From Candidatus Micrarchaeia archaeon (lineage in GTDB: Archaea > Micrarchaeota > Micrarchaeia > Anstonellales > Bilamarchaeaceae), in NCBI GenBank assembly GCA_041653635.1, contig JBAZFC010000001.1:335426-399425 (forward strand): a stretch of 64,000 bases of DNA, written 5' to 3'. Under the pieces are notes generated by a model. That model worked only from the letters and a program-made list of their open reading frames with translations. It did no database searches and was not told where the DNA came from. A program made the translations under genes and the position numbers. Positions 26,669-36,045 of this stretch are shown here, in pieces; the stretch's first letter is position 1; each line of letters begins with the position of its first letter.

Positions 26669-27253
26669 ATGGAACAGGTTAATAAACAAAACGGCGAAGA
26701 TTACCTTATGGGGCTTGTAAAAGACATAGAAGAACGGCTGCTGGAGAAGGAAAGGCGGCTGGATTCGCTCATTGTGAAGGAGAGGGAGGCGGTGCGCTTC
26801 TGCTCCAAATCCATAAAGGAGACGCACCTTGGGAACTTTGAGGAGGCGGAAAAATTATTGGGCGAGGCTCGGAAGGTGCTCGCGGAAATGGAAAAGAATG
26901 CGGGCGGGCTGGAGTGGAGGCTGGAGCACCCGAAGGCTGAATATACCGAAGGGATGGTTTATCTTGGGATTGCGCGGGATGGGAAAGTCCTTTCTCAAAA
27001 AGAAGTGGGGGTTGGGGATGAATCCTATTTGGATGGGCTCCTGGATTGCATGGGCGAACTCAAAAGGAGGATGTTTGACCACTTGCGCAAGGGGGAGAGG
27101 AAAGAGGCGGAGAATGATTTTGCATTTATGGAAAAGATATTTGTGGAGGTAGGTCCCCTGTATTTTTCAGGTGCGCTCATGCCGGAACTGAGGAGGAAAC
27201 AGGATGTCGGGCGAGCACAGTTGGAGGACGCACGGGGGAAATTGATTAAATAA
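26669..27253 (+). CDS. hypothetical helical protein (possibly translin-like; unverified)
   Basis: 194-aa ORF rich in Glu/Lys/Leu, predicted all-alpha; no firm motif. Confidence 0.35.
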   Translation: MEQVNKQNGEDYLMGLVKDIEERLLEKERRLDSLIVKEREAVRFCSKSIKETHLGNFEEAEKLLGEARKVLAEMEKNAGGLEWRLEHPKAEYTEGMVYLGIARDGKVLSQKEVGVGDESYLDGLLDCMGELKRRMFDHLRKGERKEAENDFAFMEKIFVEVGPLYFSGALMPELRRKQDVGRAQLEDARGKLIK

Positions 27254-27273
27254 GGAAGGGGAAAATAGATGAG

Positions 27274-28260
27274 GTGTTGATTATGAAGTGGATTGCATTT
27301 GGGTTGGTTCTTTTGCTTATGTTCGGCTGCACGCAGCCGGAAACCCCCGGGACGGGAACTGGAAACGGGACGCAGGGGACGGGAAGCCAGAACACGTCTG
27401 GCCACCTGATAATCGGCGAGGGCGAGGGTACGGTGGTGAGCGAGGGGAGCGCCGGGGAAACCGTGCCTGTTGTAAGATATACGGAAACCCCGAACTCTGA
27501 CATGTATGTGTATTTCTTCAATGTGGGGTATGGCGAGGAACAGGGGGATGCAATCCTCATAAAGAAGGGGGATGTGGACATACTCGTGGATGCCGGGCCC
27601 GTGGAGAAGAGGCAGGACCTGGTCACGATGCTGCTTGAGGCGGGCGTTGATGATTTTGAATTGGTGGTCTCAACCCACGACAACCCTGCGGAGACTGGCG
27701 GGCTGGAATATGTCTCAAACAGGTTCAGGTTCGGCGAGGTCTGGAGGCCGGAGGAGGGAAGCGACAACTACACGGCATACCTGAACTCGCTCGGAGCGGC
27801 GAGCGTCAGGACAGTGGGCGTGGGGGAGAGGAAGCAGATAAACGGGATAAACATAACCGTCCTCAACCCGATAGTCGGGCCTGGAAGGTTCTATGATGTC
27901 AATAACGACGGCATAGTGCTCAAGGTGGAGGACAGGGGCTTGTGCGTGCTATTGACCGGGGACATACTCGGCAGCCAGCAGACGGTCGCCCAGCTGAGCG
28001 GGCCGTGCCAGGTTGTGCAGTGGCCGAACCACGGGATAGGCGCAGGGCTCACAGAGATAAACTACTTCATTGACTACACCGACCCGGAAGTGATAGTGAT
28101 AAGCGGGAGCGCCACGGACTGGACTGATTCCAGGCAGTCCCTGATAAGCGCCGCGCACCTCGGAGGGGTGAGGAACATCACCGTGCTTGAGAATTACAAC
28201 GGGAAGAGCGTGAAGGTGGTGTGGAACGGAGCGAGATACACCGCCGCGGTGCAGCGCTAG
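27274..28260 (+). CDS. secreted lipoprotein with degenerate metallo-beta-lactamase (ComEC-like) fold
   Basis: Signal peptide/lipobox (LLLMFGC), Gly/Thr-rich linker, then DAILIKKGDVDILVDAG ... VVSTHDNPAETGGL pattern resembling the MBL ComEC-type domain but lacking the full HxHxDH motif. Confidence 0.5.
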   Translation: MLIMKWIAFGLVLLLMFGCTQPETPGTGTGNGTQGTGSQNTSGHLIIGEGEGTVVSEGSAGETVPVVRYTETPNSDMYVYFFNVGYGEEQGDAILIKKGDVDILVDAGPVEKRQDLVTMLLEAGVDDFELVVSTHDNPAETGGLEYVSNRFRFGEVWRPEEGSDNYTAYLNSLGAASVRTVGVGERKQINGINITVLNPIVGPGRFYDVNNDGIVLKVEDRGLCVLLTGDILGSQQTVAQLSGPCQVVQWPNHGIGAGLTEINYFIDYTDPEVIVISGSATDWTDSRQSLISAAHLGGVRNITVLENYNGKSVKVVWNGARYTAAVQR

Positions 28261-29972
28261 AACGGGCTGTCTGAGTCGTCAATGTTCGCGGCCGGGGCAT
28301 CCGGCAGCCTCGGCAGTATCGTCCTGGAAAGCCTGCCTGTGGCGAGGTCGTCCAGATGCTCGTCCACCAGGTTAGAGATTATCGGGTTCCTTATGCTGCG
28401 GAGCGATTCCAGCAAGTTCCGGTACCGGTCCGTATGTTCGTATGAGCTGAAGAGGCACAGTGCGAACACTTTCTTGAATGCCTCGCTGTCTTTATAGAGC
28501 CCTTCTGTGGGAGGCGCGGCGAAATCGTAGCGCTCCAGCGCGGTGAGGGCCATTTCACGGATGGGCTCGTTCCCGGACAGGAAATCCAGGCTTTCCAGGA
28601 TTGTCGTGAAGAGCTGTGTTATCTCCCTGGGCCTCCTGCCCACCGCATAGGCTGGCGCGCCGCTGCCTTCGGAGACGCCGTGCCTCATCTTCTGCGCGAC
28701 GAACTCGTGGAGCAGCCCGGCATTTTTCCAGATGGGGCTGTCGGCGCGGGTGCGCGTCCTGAGAATGAGGTAGAAGCTGCGGTCGTCAAGGTAGATGGGA
28801 TTATTGGCCTTGGCCCTATCCTGCGAGATGAGGCCGACATTCCTCGCGAGGGTGGAGCAATACTGCGCTATCTTCTGGTATTCCCCGGCTTCCTTGAGGA
28901 GTAACACGACGAACCGGGAAACGTCCTGCACGTTGAGCTTCCTGTCCATGGTGTCCTTCCTGAGCATCTCCTTGAGGTGCTCAAAGCCTGTGGAGACCCA
29001 CCTCTTTTCAATAAGGCGGTAGAGCATCGTGCGCACCTCTTCATCCCCGAGCACGTTCCTGGCCTTGTCGGTGCCGAGGCCGGCGGCTATGCCTACGCCG
29101 TCTGCGAGAGAAATTTCGCCCTTGTCCAGGAACCCGGAAAGGAGGCGCGGGTCCGTGCAGGCGCAGATGCACCATGCGCAGGCCCTGAGGAATCCGTTCC
29201 TCACGTCAAGTTCGCCCTTCGCCTCGCCCTCGGACGGCGGCGCGGTTGATAGGATGGAACGCACCAGGCGGGCCGTGAAATCCGCCGCTTCCTCTTCTGT
29301 CATGGCGCCCGCGGATTTCAGCTCACCGACCAGGCGCAGGAAATTGTCCGAAACCGTCGCGACCTGGCTGCCGACCTCCGATTCGTTGAGGTACGGCGCC
29401 CTGCCGCCTGAGCACACCATTCCGAGGCTGGATTCTCCGGGCGGGGCCTTCCTCAGGACCGAGAGACCGTCCATCGCGGATTCTATGAATGAATTGAGCA
29501 ACACCTCCTTTGCGGGGTGGTTGAGCCCGTTGAACCACACGTCCAGGCTTTTCTTTATGTCCGGAGTTTCCGGTTCCTTTCTTTTCAGCCTCATTCTCTG
29601 CTGCCAAGGAAACGGAAGGCCCATTTCGTCCCAGAGCATCTTATCTGTTATTGAGGAAGGGCGGGATGGGAGCCCGGTTGGAACTGAGCTTGCTGCCGTG
29701 GGCTGCGGCACCTGTTTGGGCCCCGGCTTTTTTTCCAGGCTAGCAAGATATTCTGAGAGCCGGGTAATCCTCCTCCCATGAGCCAGTGTGGAAGGCCTTT
29801 CTAGGGACCTGGGCGCAGGCGGTGCTGTGAGCGGGGCGGGCGGAGCCGGGGGCTGGAGGGTGGGGACGCGGGATTCAAGCCTCCTCCTGGCTGGCGCTAC
29901 GGGTTCTGGAGGAAGTATCAGCTTCCGTTGGCCCGGGGGCGAACTGCCCCCGTTCCCATTCTGGCCTGCCAT
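28257..29972 (-). CDS. hypothetical protein (~571 aa) with Pro-rich N-terminal region
   Basis: Track ORF extends to 30338 but would overlap glmM; start at MAGQNGNG (29972) is preceded by an AT-rich TATA-like stretch; no recognised domain. Confidence 0.45.
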   Translation of the reverse strand: MAGQNGNGGSSPPGQRKLILPPEPVAPARRRLESRVPTLQPPAPPAPLTAPPAPRSLERPSTLAHGRRITRLSEYLASLEKKPGPKQVPQPTAASSVPTGLPSRPSSITDKMLWDEMGLPFPWQQRMRLKRKEPETPDIKKSLDVWFNGLNHPAKEVLLNSFIESAMDGLSVLRKAPPGESSLGMVCSGGRAPYLNESEVGSQVATVSDNFLRLVGELKSAGAMTEEEAADFTARLVRSILSTAPPSEGEAKGELDVRNGFLRACAWCICACTDPRLLSGFLDKGEISLADGVGIAAGLGTDKARNVLGDEEVRTMLYRLIEKRWVSTGFEHLKEMLRKDTMDRKLNVQDVSRFVVLLLKEAGEYQKIAQYCSTLARNVGLISQDRAKANNPIYLDDRSFYLILRTRTRADSPIWKNAGLLHEFVAQKMRHGVSEGSGAPAYAVGRRPREITQLFTTILESLDFLSGNEPIREMALTALERYDFAAPPTEGLYKDSEAFKKVFALCLFSSYEHTDRYRNLLESLRSIRNPIISNLVDEHLDDLATGRLSRTILPRLPDAPAANIDDSDSPF

Positions 29973-30068
29973 AATTATTATATTAAGGCGGCGCAAGGTT
30001 TTTAAACGACACATAATTACACCAAGAAGCACAAACTTATCTTTAAATGGGCTTCTGGGGAAATTGGA

Positions 30069-31364
30069 TTGATGTTTGGCACTTCTGGTATCAGGGGAAT
30101 CTATGGAAAGGAGATTACTCCTGAGCTTGCGCTCCGGATGGCGAATGCTTTTGCTGAAACAGATGTTTGCATCGGGAGGGATACCCGGGAAAGCGGGGTT
30201 CCCCTTGCTTTTGCCGCGATGGGCGGGGTGCTTGGCTCCGGGCACGACGGAATTGGGCTGGGGATAGTGCCCACTCCGCTTGTTGCGTTTGGGACCATGA
30301 AATACGGCTGCGGAGGCATGATGGTTACCGCCTCCCATAATCCCGCGGAATATAACGGGCTCAAATTCATGAGGAAGGGGCGGGAGATAAGCCGCGCCGA
30401 GGAGAAGCGGGTGCTGGAGAGGTACGGGAGGGGGATGGAATACGGCGCGGAGCCGGGCGAGAGGAGAACGGAAAATGTAATTCCTGATTATATTGAGCTT
30501 GTGAAGAAGAACGTGGATACGAAATTGATTGGGAGGAAAAAACCGAAAGTGGTTGTGGATTGCAACGGGGCAGGCGCGGTGGTTACGCCGTATTTATTGC
30601 GGGAGCTTGGATGCCGTGTGGTATCCCTTAACTGCGAGCTTCGCGGCTTCAACAGGCCTTCGGAGCCGAACAAGGAAAATCTTTCGTGGCTTTCCTCCGC
30701 GGTCAGGGCATGCGGGGCGGATTTCGGGATTGCGCACGACGGGGATGCGGACAGGTGCGCGATTGTTGATGAGCGCGGCGAGCTTCTAAATGCAGACGTG
30801 CAGCTTGCGCTCATGATTGGGGAGGAATTGGCGCAAAAGAAGGGGAAAATCATAAGCTCAGTGGAGAGTTCGCTCATTGTGAAGGAAACGGTGGAGAGGA
30901 GCGGCGGGGAGTTCGTGCTTACTCCGGTTGGGAGCGTGCACGTGAGCGAGGAGATGGAGAAGAGCGGCGCGGTCTTCGGCGGGGAGCCGGCAGGGGAATA
31001 TGTGTTCAGGGGAGGGGTGCTTGTGCCGGATGGAGTTATGGCTGCGGCTAAGTATGTGGAACTATTTTGTGGGAAAGGGAAATTGAGTGCCCTGGCTTCC
31101 AGATTTAAAACAAATCCGATGGCTAGGGAGAAGTTCAGGACTGGGGACAGGAAGAAGGCGATGGAAAAGATAATGGGGACGCTCAGGCTGGACGGGAAAT
31201 TGAATAAGGACGACGGGATTAGGGTAGATGGGGGAGGGTATTGGGTGCTGGTTCGCCCTTCCGGGACGGAGAGCATCATCAGATTGACGGCGGAAGCCAA
31301 GACGAAGGAACTGCTGGACAAGGTTTGCGAAAAGGCGAGAAAGGCGATTAAGGAAGCTGTTTAG
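30069..31364 (+). CDS. glmM: phosphoglucosamine mutase / phosphohexomutase (archaeal GlmM-type)
   Basis: Active-site motif TASHNPAEYNG, metal-binding DGDADR, typical 4-domain length (431 aa). Confidence 0.85.
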   Translation: MMFGTSGIRGIYGKEITPELALRMANAFAETDVCIGRDTRESGVPLAFAAMGGVLGSGHDGIGLGIVPTPLVAFGTMKYGCGGMMVTASHNPAEYNGLKFMRKGREISRAEEKRVLERYGRGMEYGAEPGERRTENVIPDYIELVKKNVDTKLIGRKKPKVVVDCNGAGAVVTPYLLRELGCRVVSLNCELRGFNRPSEPNKENLSWLSSAVRACGADFGIAHDGDADRCAIVDERGELLNADVQLALMIGEELAQKKGKIISSVESSLIVKETVERSGGEFVLTPVGSVHVSEEMEKSGAVFGGEPAGEYVFRGGVLVPDGVMAAAKYVELFCGKGKLSALASRFKTNPMAREKFRTGDRKKAMEKIMGTLRLDGKLNKDDGIRVDGGGYWVLVRPSGTESIIRLTAEAKTKELLDKVCEKARKAIKEAV

Positions 31365-31418
31365 GGCTTGGGCGGGTTTTAGTTAATTTCTTATTCTCTT
31401 GCGCAGGGATAATTACTG

Positions 31419-32645
31419 GTGGATGGGTTGAAAGCAGTAGTTCTAGCAGGCGGGGAAGGCGAAAGGATGCGCCCCATTACATATACGCGGCCAAAGGCGA
31501 TGCTGCAGGTGGCGGGGAAGCCGCTCATCTGGCACGTCCTGTCTAACCTGAAGAAGGCGCGGGTGAAAGAAGCAGTGGTGGTCGTGAAGTACAGGAAGGA
31601 GCAGATAATTGACTACTTATCTAAAGAGAACTTGGGGATGACGATAGAGTTCGCAGTGCAGGGCGAGAAGCACGGGACTGCCGCGGCGATTGAGGCGGCG
31701 AAAGGAAAGGCGGGCGAGGATTTCCTTGTCGTGGATGGGAATAATGTTTGCGATTCTGAGATTTACCGGGATGTGGTTGAGAAGCACGAGGGGGGCAAGA
31801 CGGTCGGGCTGAAGAAGGTGGACAATCCGCATGGATTTGGAATTGCGGAAGTGAAGAATGGTGTGCTTACGGGCATGGAGGAGAAGCCGGAGCATCCTAA
31901 GGGGAATTTAGCCAATATTTCTATTTATGCGTTCAATAAGGGGATTTTTGACGAGATTAAGAAATTGGCGCCGTCCCCGCGCGGGGAATATGAGATTACG
32001 GATGTGTTGAAAGGGGCGCACGTGGTGGAGACCGAGGACTTCTGGATGGATGTAGGATATCCGTGGCACCTATTTACGCTTAATGAGTATCTTCTTGGAA
32101 AAATGGAGGCGAACACGGGGCTGGTGGAAAATTCCACGGTAAAGGGGAAGCTCATAATGGAGGAGGGCGCGGAAGTTGTGGATAGTTTTGTGGAGGGCGC
32201 TTCGTACATTGGGGCGGGGACGAAAATAGGGCCGCATGCGCTCCTTCGCGGCTTCAATTCAATTGGAAGGAACTGCGAGATTGGGGAATCCACTACGGTG
32301 AAGAATAGCATTCTATTTGATGGGGTTAAGGCGAAACATTTGACTTATATTGGAGACAGCGTGGTCGGGGAGGGCGTGAATTTCGGCTCCGGGACGCAGG
32401 TTGCGAATTACAGGTTTGATTCCAGCCATGTGAATGTGCTCACGGAAAAGGGATGGGTGAATTCCGCTAGGAAGAAGCTAGGGGCGATAATCGGGGATGA
32501 GGCCAAGTTCGGGGTTCTCTCCTGCACCATGCCCGGAAAGATGATTGGGAACGGATGCTGGATAGGGAGCGGGGTCACGGTGAACACCAACCTGCGGCCA
32601 GGGCAGAAGATATTCCTCAAGAGCGAGCACACGGTAATAGGGTAG
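31419..32645 (+). CDS. bifunctional sugar-1-phosphate nucleotidylyltransferase / acetyltransferase (archaeal GlmU-like)
   Basis: N-terminal LAGGEGERMRP nucleotidyltransferase signature plus C-terminal hexapeptide-repeat (left-handed beta-helix) region. Confidence 0.8.
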   Translation: MDGLKAVVLAGGEGERMRPITYTRPKAMLQVAGKPLIWHVLSNLKKARVKEAVVVVKYRKEQIIDYLSKENLGMTIEFAVQGEKHGTAAAIEAAKGKAGEDFLVVDGNNVCDSEIYRDVVEKHEGGKTVGLKKVDNPHGFGIAEVKNGVLTGMEEKPEHPKGNLANISIYAFNKGIFDEIKKLAPSPRGEYEITDVLKGAHVVETEDFWMDVGYPWHLFTLNEYLLGKMEANTGLVENSTVKGKLIMEEGAEVVDSFVEGASYIGAGTKIGPHALLRGFNSIGRNCEIGESTTVKNSILFDGVKAKHLTYIGDSVVGEGVNFGSGTQVANYRFDSSHVNVLTEKGWVNSARKKLGAIIGDEAKFGVLSCTMPGKMIGNGCWIGSGVTVNTNLRPGQKIFLKSEHTVIG

Positions 32646-32653
32646 AAGGTGGG

Positions 32654-33394
32654 TTGATACAGCATCTTATCGTCGGAGTGGACCCGGGCGTATACACTGC
32701 TTTTGCGGCATTGAATTTGAAGGGGCAACTGGTCGCCTCTGGATGCGAGAAGGAGGCGAGCGACGAAAGGGTTGTGGAGATAATACGGCACGTGGGCGTG
32801 CCCTCCCTCATTGCGAGCGATGTGACTCCTCCTCCAAGCTTTGTGCAGAAGGTGGCGGCACGGTTCAACGTGCGGCTATCCTACCCTGTGCGGAGCCTTA
32901 CGCAGGAAGAGAAGAAAACCATGGGCGGGTTCATTGACGACGTGCACATACGGGATGCATACGGGGCGGCAATGAAAGCGTATCATATTTATGAGAACCG
33001 GCTAAGGCAGATTGAGGGCATGGATACTGCGCTGGACAAGGACTTATTGAAGCACATGGTGGTGCAGGGATACTCGCTGCATAATGCGGAATTGATGCTG
33101 ACCAGGAAGGAGGAGAAAAGAGTTGGCGCGGACGAAAAGAAGGAAGTGAAGAAGGAGAGTGGAGCGCAGAAGCGGGATGAACGGGTTGCACGGTTGGCAG
33201 AGGAGAATGTTAATTTGAGGAAGGCGTACGAATTGGAGAAGGTGAGGGCGGACGGGCTGGAAACGGAGCTGAAGCGTGCGAGGAATGCCAGGATTGGGGA
33301 AGTGGCGAGGGACTCTGAAGTTAGGCGGCTTAAGGGGCAGTTAGAGAGGGCTGAGAGGTATATATTTTTCCTTAAGAAGAAAAAGAAGGGCTAA
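32654..33394 (+). CDS. RNase H-like fold protein with C-terminal coiled coil (DUF460/COG2433-like)
   Basis: IVGVDPGVYTAFAAL N-terminus (RuvC/YqgF-like start), Lys/Glu-rich coiled coil at C-terminus; probable TTG start at 32654 just after the glmU stop (track ORF 32555 overlaps glmU). Confidence 0.5.
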   Translation: MIQHLIVGVDPGVYTAFAALNLKGQLVASGCEKEASDERVVEIIRHVGVPSLIASDVTPPPSFVQKVAARFNVRLSYPVRSLTQEEKKTMGGFIDDVHIRDAYGAAMKAYHIYENRLRQIEGMDTALDKDLLKHMVVQGYSLHNAELMLTRKEEKRVGADEKKEVKKESGAQKRDERVARLAEENVNLRKAYELEKVRADGLETELKRARNARIGEVARDSEVRRLKGQLERAERYIFFLKKKKKG

Positions 33395-33795
33395 AGCATC
33401 TGCGGAATATCCTGTGCGTTCAATCCCAGATGCATGAATTGCAATTCGGTGAGGGAAACCCATCTTCCCTCCTCGTGCTCCAAACCAAGCTCGTATTTGT
33501 CGGAACTGAGTTCGCCTTTATAGACGATGTAGATGGAGTGCTTTTCTATCCCGTCCTTGTCATAAGTGGCGGAGGTTATGCCCACCAATTTGACGGAATG
33601 GGGGGTGAGCTGGATTTCCTCCCTGCATTCGCGTATTGCGGCGGTGTAGGGGTCCTCCCCCCAGTCCACGCCTCCGCCGGGGAATTCCCAGATGCTGGAG
33701 CCGCGGCGGCGCACTACCAGGAATTTGCCCTGAAAGGATGGGACTAGGTAAGCGTTTATTTCTTGTATTCGCTTATCGTGCTTCTCCTTCCCCAT
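33391..33795 (-). CDS. NUDIX hydrolase
   Basis: Nudix box GGGVDWGEDPYTAAIRECREEIQL. Confidence 0.85.
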   Translation of the reverse strand: MGKEKHDKRIQEINAYLVPSFQGKFLVVRRRGSSIWEFPGGGVDWGEDPYTAAIRECREEIQLTPHSVKLVGITSATYDKDGIEKHSIYIVYKGELSSDKYELGLEHEEGRWVSLTELQFMHLGLNAQDIPQML

Positions 33796-33837
33796 GGGTA
33801 TGGATTGGAGGGAAAGGGATTAAATGATGAGGGAAAC

Positions 33838-34632
33838 TTAGATTGTCCTCTTGGGCACGCGTGGGAACAGGTCCTTCGCCGCGTTCTCGTCCACGAATTC
33901 CAGCGCCTTGTTGCAGAGCGGGCAGCGGAAGGAATAATCTGAAGCTGCGGCGAACTCATACATGCTCTCTGTGCCGCATTTCGGGCAGAAATAGTATTCC
34001 GAGCTTGAGATGTCGCCAGGGGCGGCTTCCTTCAATATCTGCTCCTCCACCCAGCTCTTGGTCTTCTCCATGTTGAGGGACCAGAAATATGAGAACCAGC
34101 CCGTTTCCGCGTCCTTGTAGCGGTTGTACTGGACTATGCCCAGGTTATGGAGGCGGTTGAGCGTGGCGCGCACGTCGCTTATCTTTATCTTGAGCTTCTT
34201 TGCGAGATCGTCGTCAGAGAGTTCCTTGGTGAAAGCGCGCATTATGTCAAGGGCGCTCTCGCCCCCGGAATCCACGAGCATCTGGCGCACGCGCGAATTG
34301 GAAAGGACCGCGTCCAGCTCGGCGTTGAGCTTCGGCTCCGGCGCCTTCTTGGGCATCTTGGGGGACGGCACTGGCTTCTTGAGCCTCGCCTTCACGCCGC
34401 CAATCTTTGGCTTGGACCAGGACTTCACCTGCCTTGCCCTTGAGGAGCTTGCCTTTGCTTTTGAGAACCTTGACCTTGCATTGAGGGGCTTTGCCTTGGA
34501 GAGCCTTGCCCTTGATGGCCTCGCCGCGGCCTTGCGGCTGGAAATAGATTTTTTTGGCTTAGAAACCCTGAGATTCCTTCTGCTGGAGGTCTTTTTTCCC
34601 TTAGAAGGACGGCTGGCCCTTGCTGCCATCAT
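33838..34632 (-). CDS. tfe: transcription factor E (TFE/TFIIE-alpha homolog) with Lys/Arg/Ser-rich N-terminal extension
   Basis: Winged-helix region (residues ~105-190) plus zinc ribbon CPKCG...CPLCN; TATA-like element upstream of ATG at 34632 supports the long form with ~95-aa basic extension. Confidence 0.65.
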   Translation of the reverse strand: MMAARASRPSKGKKTSSRRNLRVSKPKKSISSRKAAARPSRARLSKAKPLNARSRFSKAKASSSRARQVKSWSKPKIGGVKARLKKPVPSPKMPKKAPEPKLNAELDAVLSNSRVRQMLVDSGGESALDIMRAFTKELSDDDLAKKLKIKISDVRATLNRLHNLGIVQYNRYKDAETGWFSYFWSLNMEKTKSWVEEQILKEAAPGDISSSEYYFCPKCGTESMYEFAAASDYSFRCPLCNKALEFVDENAAKDLFPRVPKRTI

Positions 34633-34775
34633 ATCACTTCTATACCTACGCTGAAGTTGTATTTAAAGCTATTGGGGCGCCGACGGTGGGCGACGGCGGC
34701 TGAAGCAGGCTTGCTGGGGTGGGCGGCGGAAACCGGAACCCAGGCAGGCATAAGCTTTTTAGCGCCGGAAGCGAT

Positions 34776-35972
34776 ATGGGATTGATGAGGCCGGACCACT
34801 ATTGCCACATATGCAAGGGCACCCGGAAGATGTGCGGGCTGGACTACTGCCCGCTCCTCAGCAAGCTTGCCGCCATGAGGAGGGGCGCTGAGAGCCTGGG
34901 GAAGAAAACAGTTTTTGGGGGGAGCGCGGAAGTATTTGTCGGGAGTTTCGGGTATCCGTCCGTTTCGTGGGGGCCGGTGGTGCCCCTGCAGGAGTATGCG
35001 GGCGAGCGGGACATATACGAGATGGGGTATGAGAAGATAATAGAACACAGAGTGAATGCGGTGCGCGGGAAGAGGTATGGGGGCATACGGCCCGTGGGGA
35101 AAATCGCTGATGAGACGCAGGATGTGGCGATGAGCGTGCGGCCCGTGGATGTGGAGATGCGGTTTTCCAAGGAGCCGGTTTTTGACATGAAGTTCTCGTC
35201 CGTGGCGCAGCCGATTGGGGCTTCCGGGACGATGAAGGACGTGCGGCTGTGCGAGAACCCTAAAATCCCGAAGAAAGCGGATGAACTATTGCAGGAAAAG
35301 GCGCGGGCGCGGGAGATTGTCACGGAGATGTTTGAGACCGGTTTGGATAATTATTACATTACGAAGGTTTTGTCAGCTGGATTGCTGGGGATGAAAGAAG
35401 ACAGGAAGATGGTGCCCACACGGTGGAGCATCACGGCGACGGACGACATGCTGGGGAAGCACTTGATGGGCAGGGTGCGGGAGTATCCAGAAGTGTCGGA
35501 CTTCTATGTGCTGAGCCATGAATCCCTGTCCAATCATTTTGAGATTCTCGTGATGCCCGGAAAATGGGAGTTTGAGAATTTTGAGGCGTGGTCGCCGGGC
35601 ACGATTTGGACGATGGGCGGCTCGGATTTCCGTGTGAGCGAGGAGCACGAGCTGTTTGAGGGGAGGACCACTTATGCGGATGCGCAGGCAGGGGGGTATT
35701 ATGCGGTTCGGATTGGAGTGCTGGAGTTTCTGGACAGGATAAGGAAGCAGGCGCGGGTGATGTCCATACGGGAAATTTATGAGGGCTACCAGGTGCCGGT
35801 GGGCGTGTTCCAGGTGAGGGAGAATGTGAGGGATGCGACGCTGAGCGTGAGGAAGTATTCTTCACTTTCCGAGGCGCTTGCTTCCATGGGGAGCAGGCTC
35901 CGGAAGGGGATTTCGGCGTATGCGGAAAGGAGCAAAATCCTCACGCAAAGAAGGCTTGATGAGTTTTTCTAG
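34776..35972 (+). CDS. Nre-family (archaeal DNA-repair-associated) protein, tentative
   Basis: ~400-aa ORF with N-terminal Cys cluster (CHICKG...CGLDYCP); family assignment from pattern memory; start uncertain (track ORF from 34719). Confidence 0.4.
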   Translation: MGLMRPDHYCHICKGTRKMCGLDYCPLLSKLAAMRRGAESLGKKTVFGGSAEVFVGSFGYPSVSWGPVVPLQEYAGERDIYEMGYEKIIEHRVNAVRGKRYGGIRPVGKIADETQDVAMSVRPVDVEMRFSKEPVFDMKFSSVAQPIGASGTMKDVRLCENPKIPKKADELLQEKARAREIVTEMFETGLDNYYITKVLSAGLLGMKEDRKMVPTRWSITATDDMLGKHLMGRVREYPEVSDFYVLSHESLSNHFEILVMPGKWEFENFEAWSPGTIWTMGGSDFRVSEEHELFEGRTTYADAQAGGYYAVRIGVLEFLDRIRKQARVMSIREIYEGYQVPVGVFQVRENVRDATLSVRKYSSLSEALASMGSRLRKGISAYAERSKILTQRRLDEFF

Positions 35973-35978
35973 GATTGG

Positions 35979-35996
35979 ATGTAACCATGGTTACAT
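35979..35996. promoter_or_regulatory. 18-bp perfect palindrome ATGTAACCATGGTTACAT (copy 2), ~50 nt upstream of the purF ATG
   Basis: Exact palindrome; about 20 nt upstream of a TATA-like TTTTTAAAAC element. Confidence 0.55.
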
Positions 35997-36045
35997 TTTA
36001 GCCTGGCAAACCTATGTTTTTAAAACAAAAAGGGGAATGTGAAAT

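Noticed and set aside
34124-34654. Plus-strand ORF 34124..34654 opposite the TFE N-terminal extension
   Set aside because: Ser/Leu/Ala-rich antisense frame; the minus strand has TFE motifs and an upstream TATA-like element.
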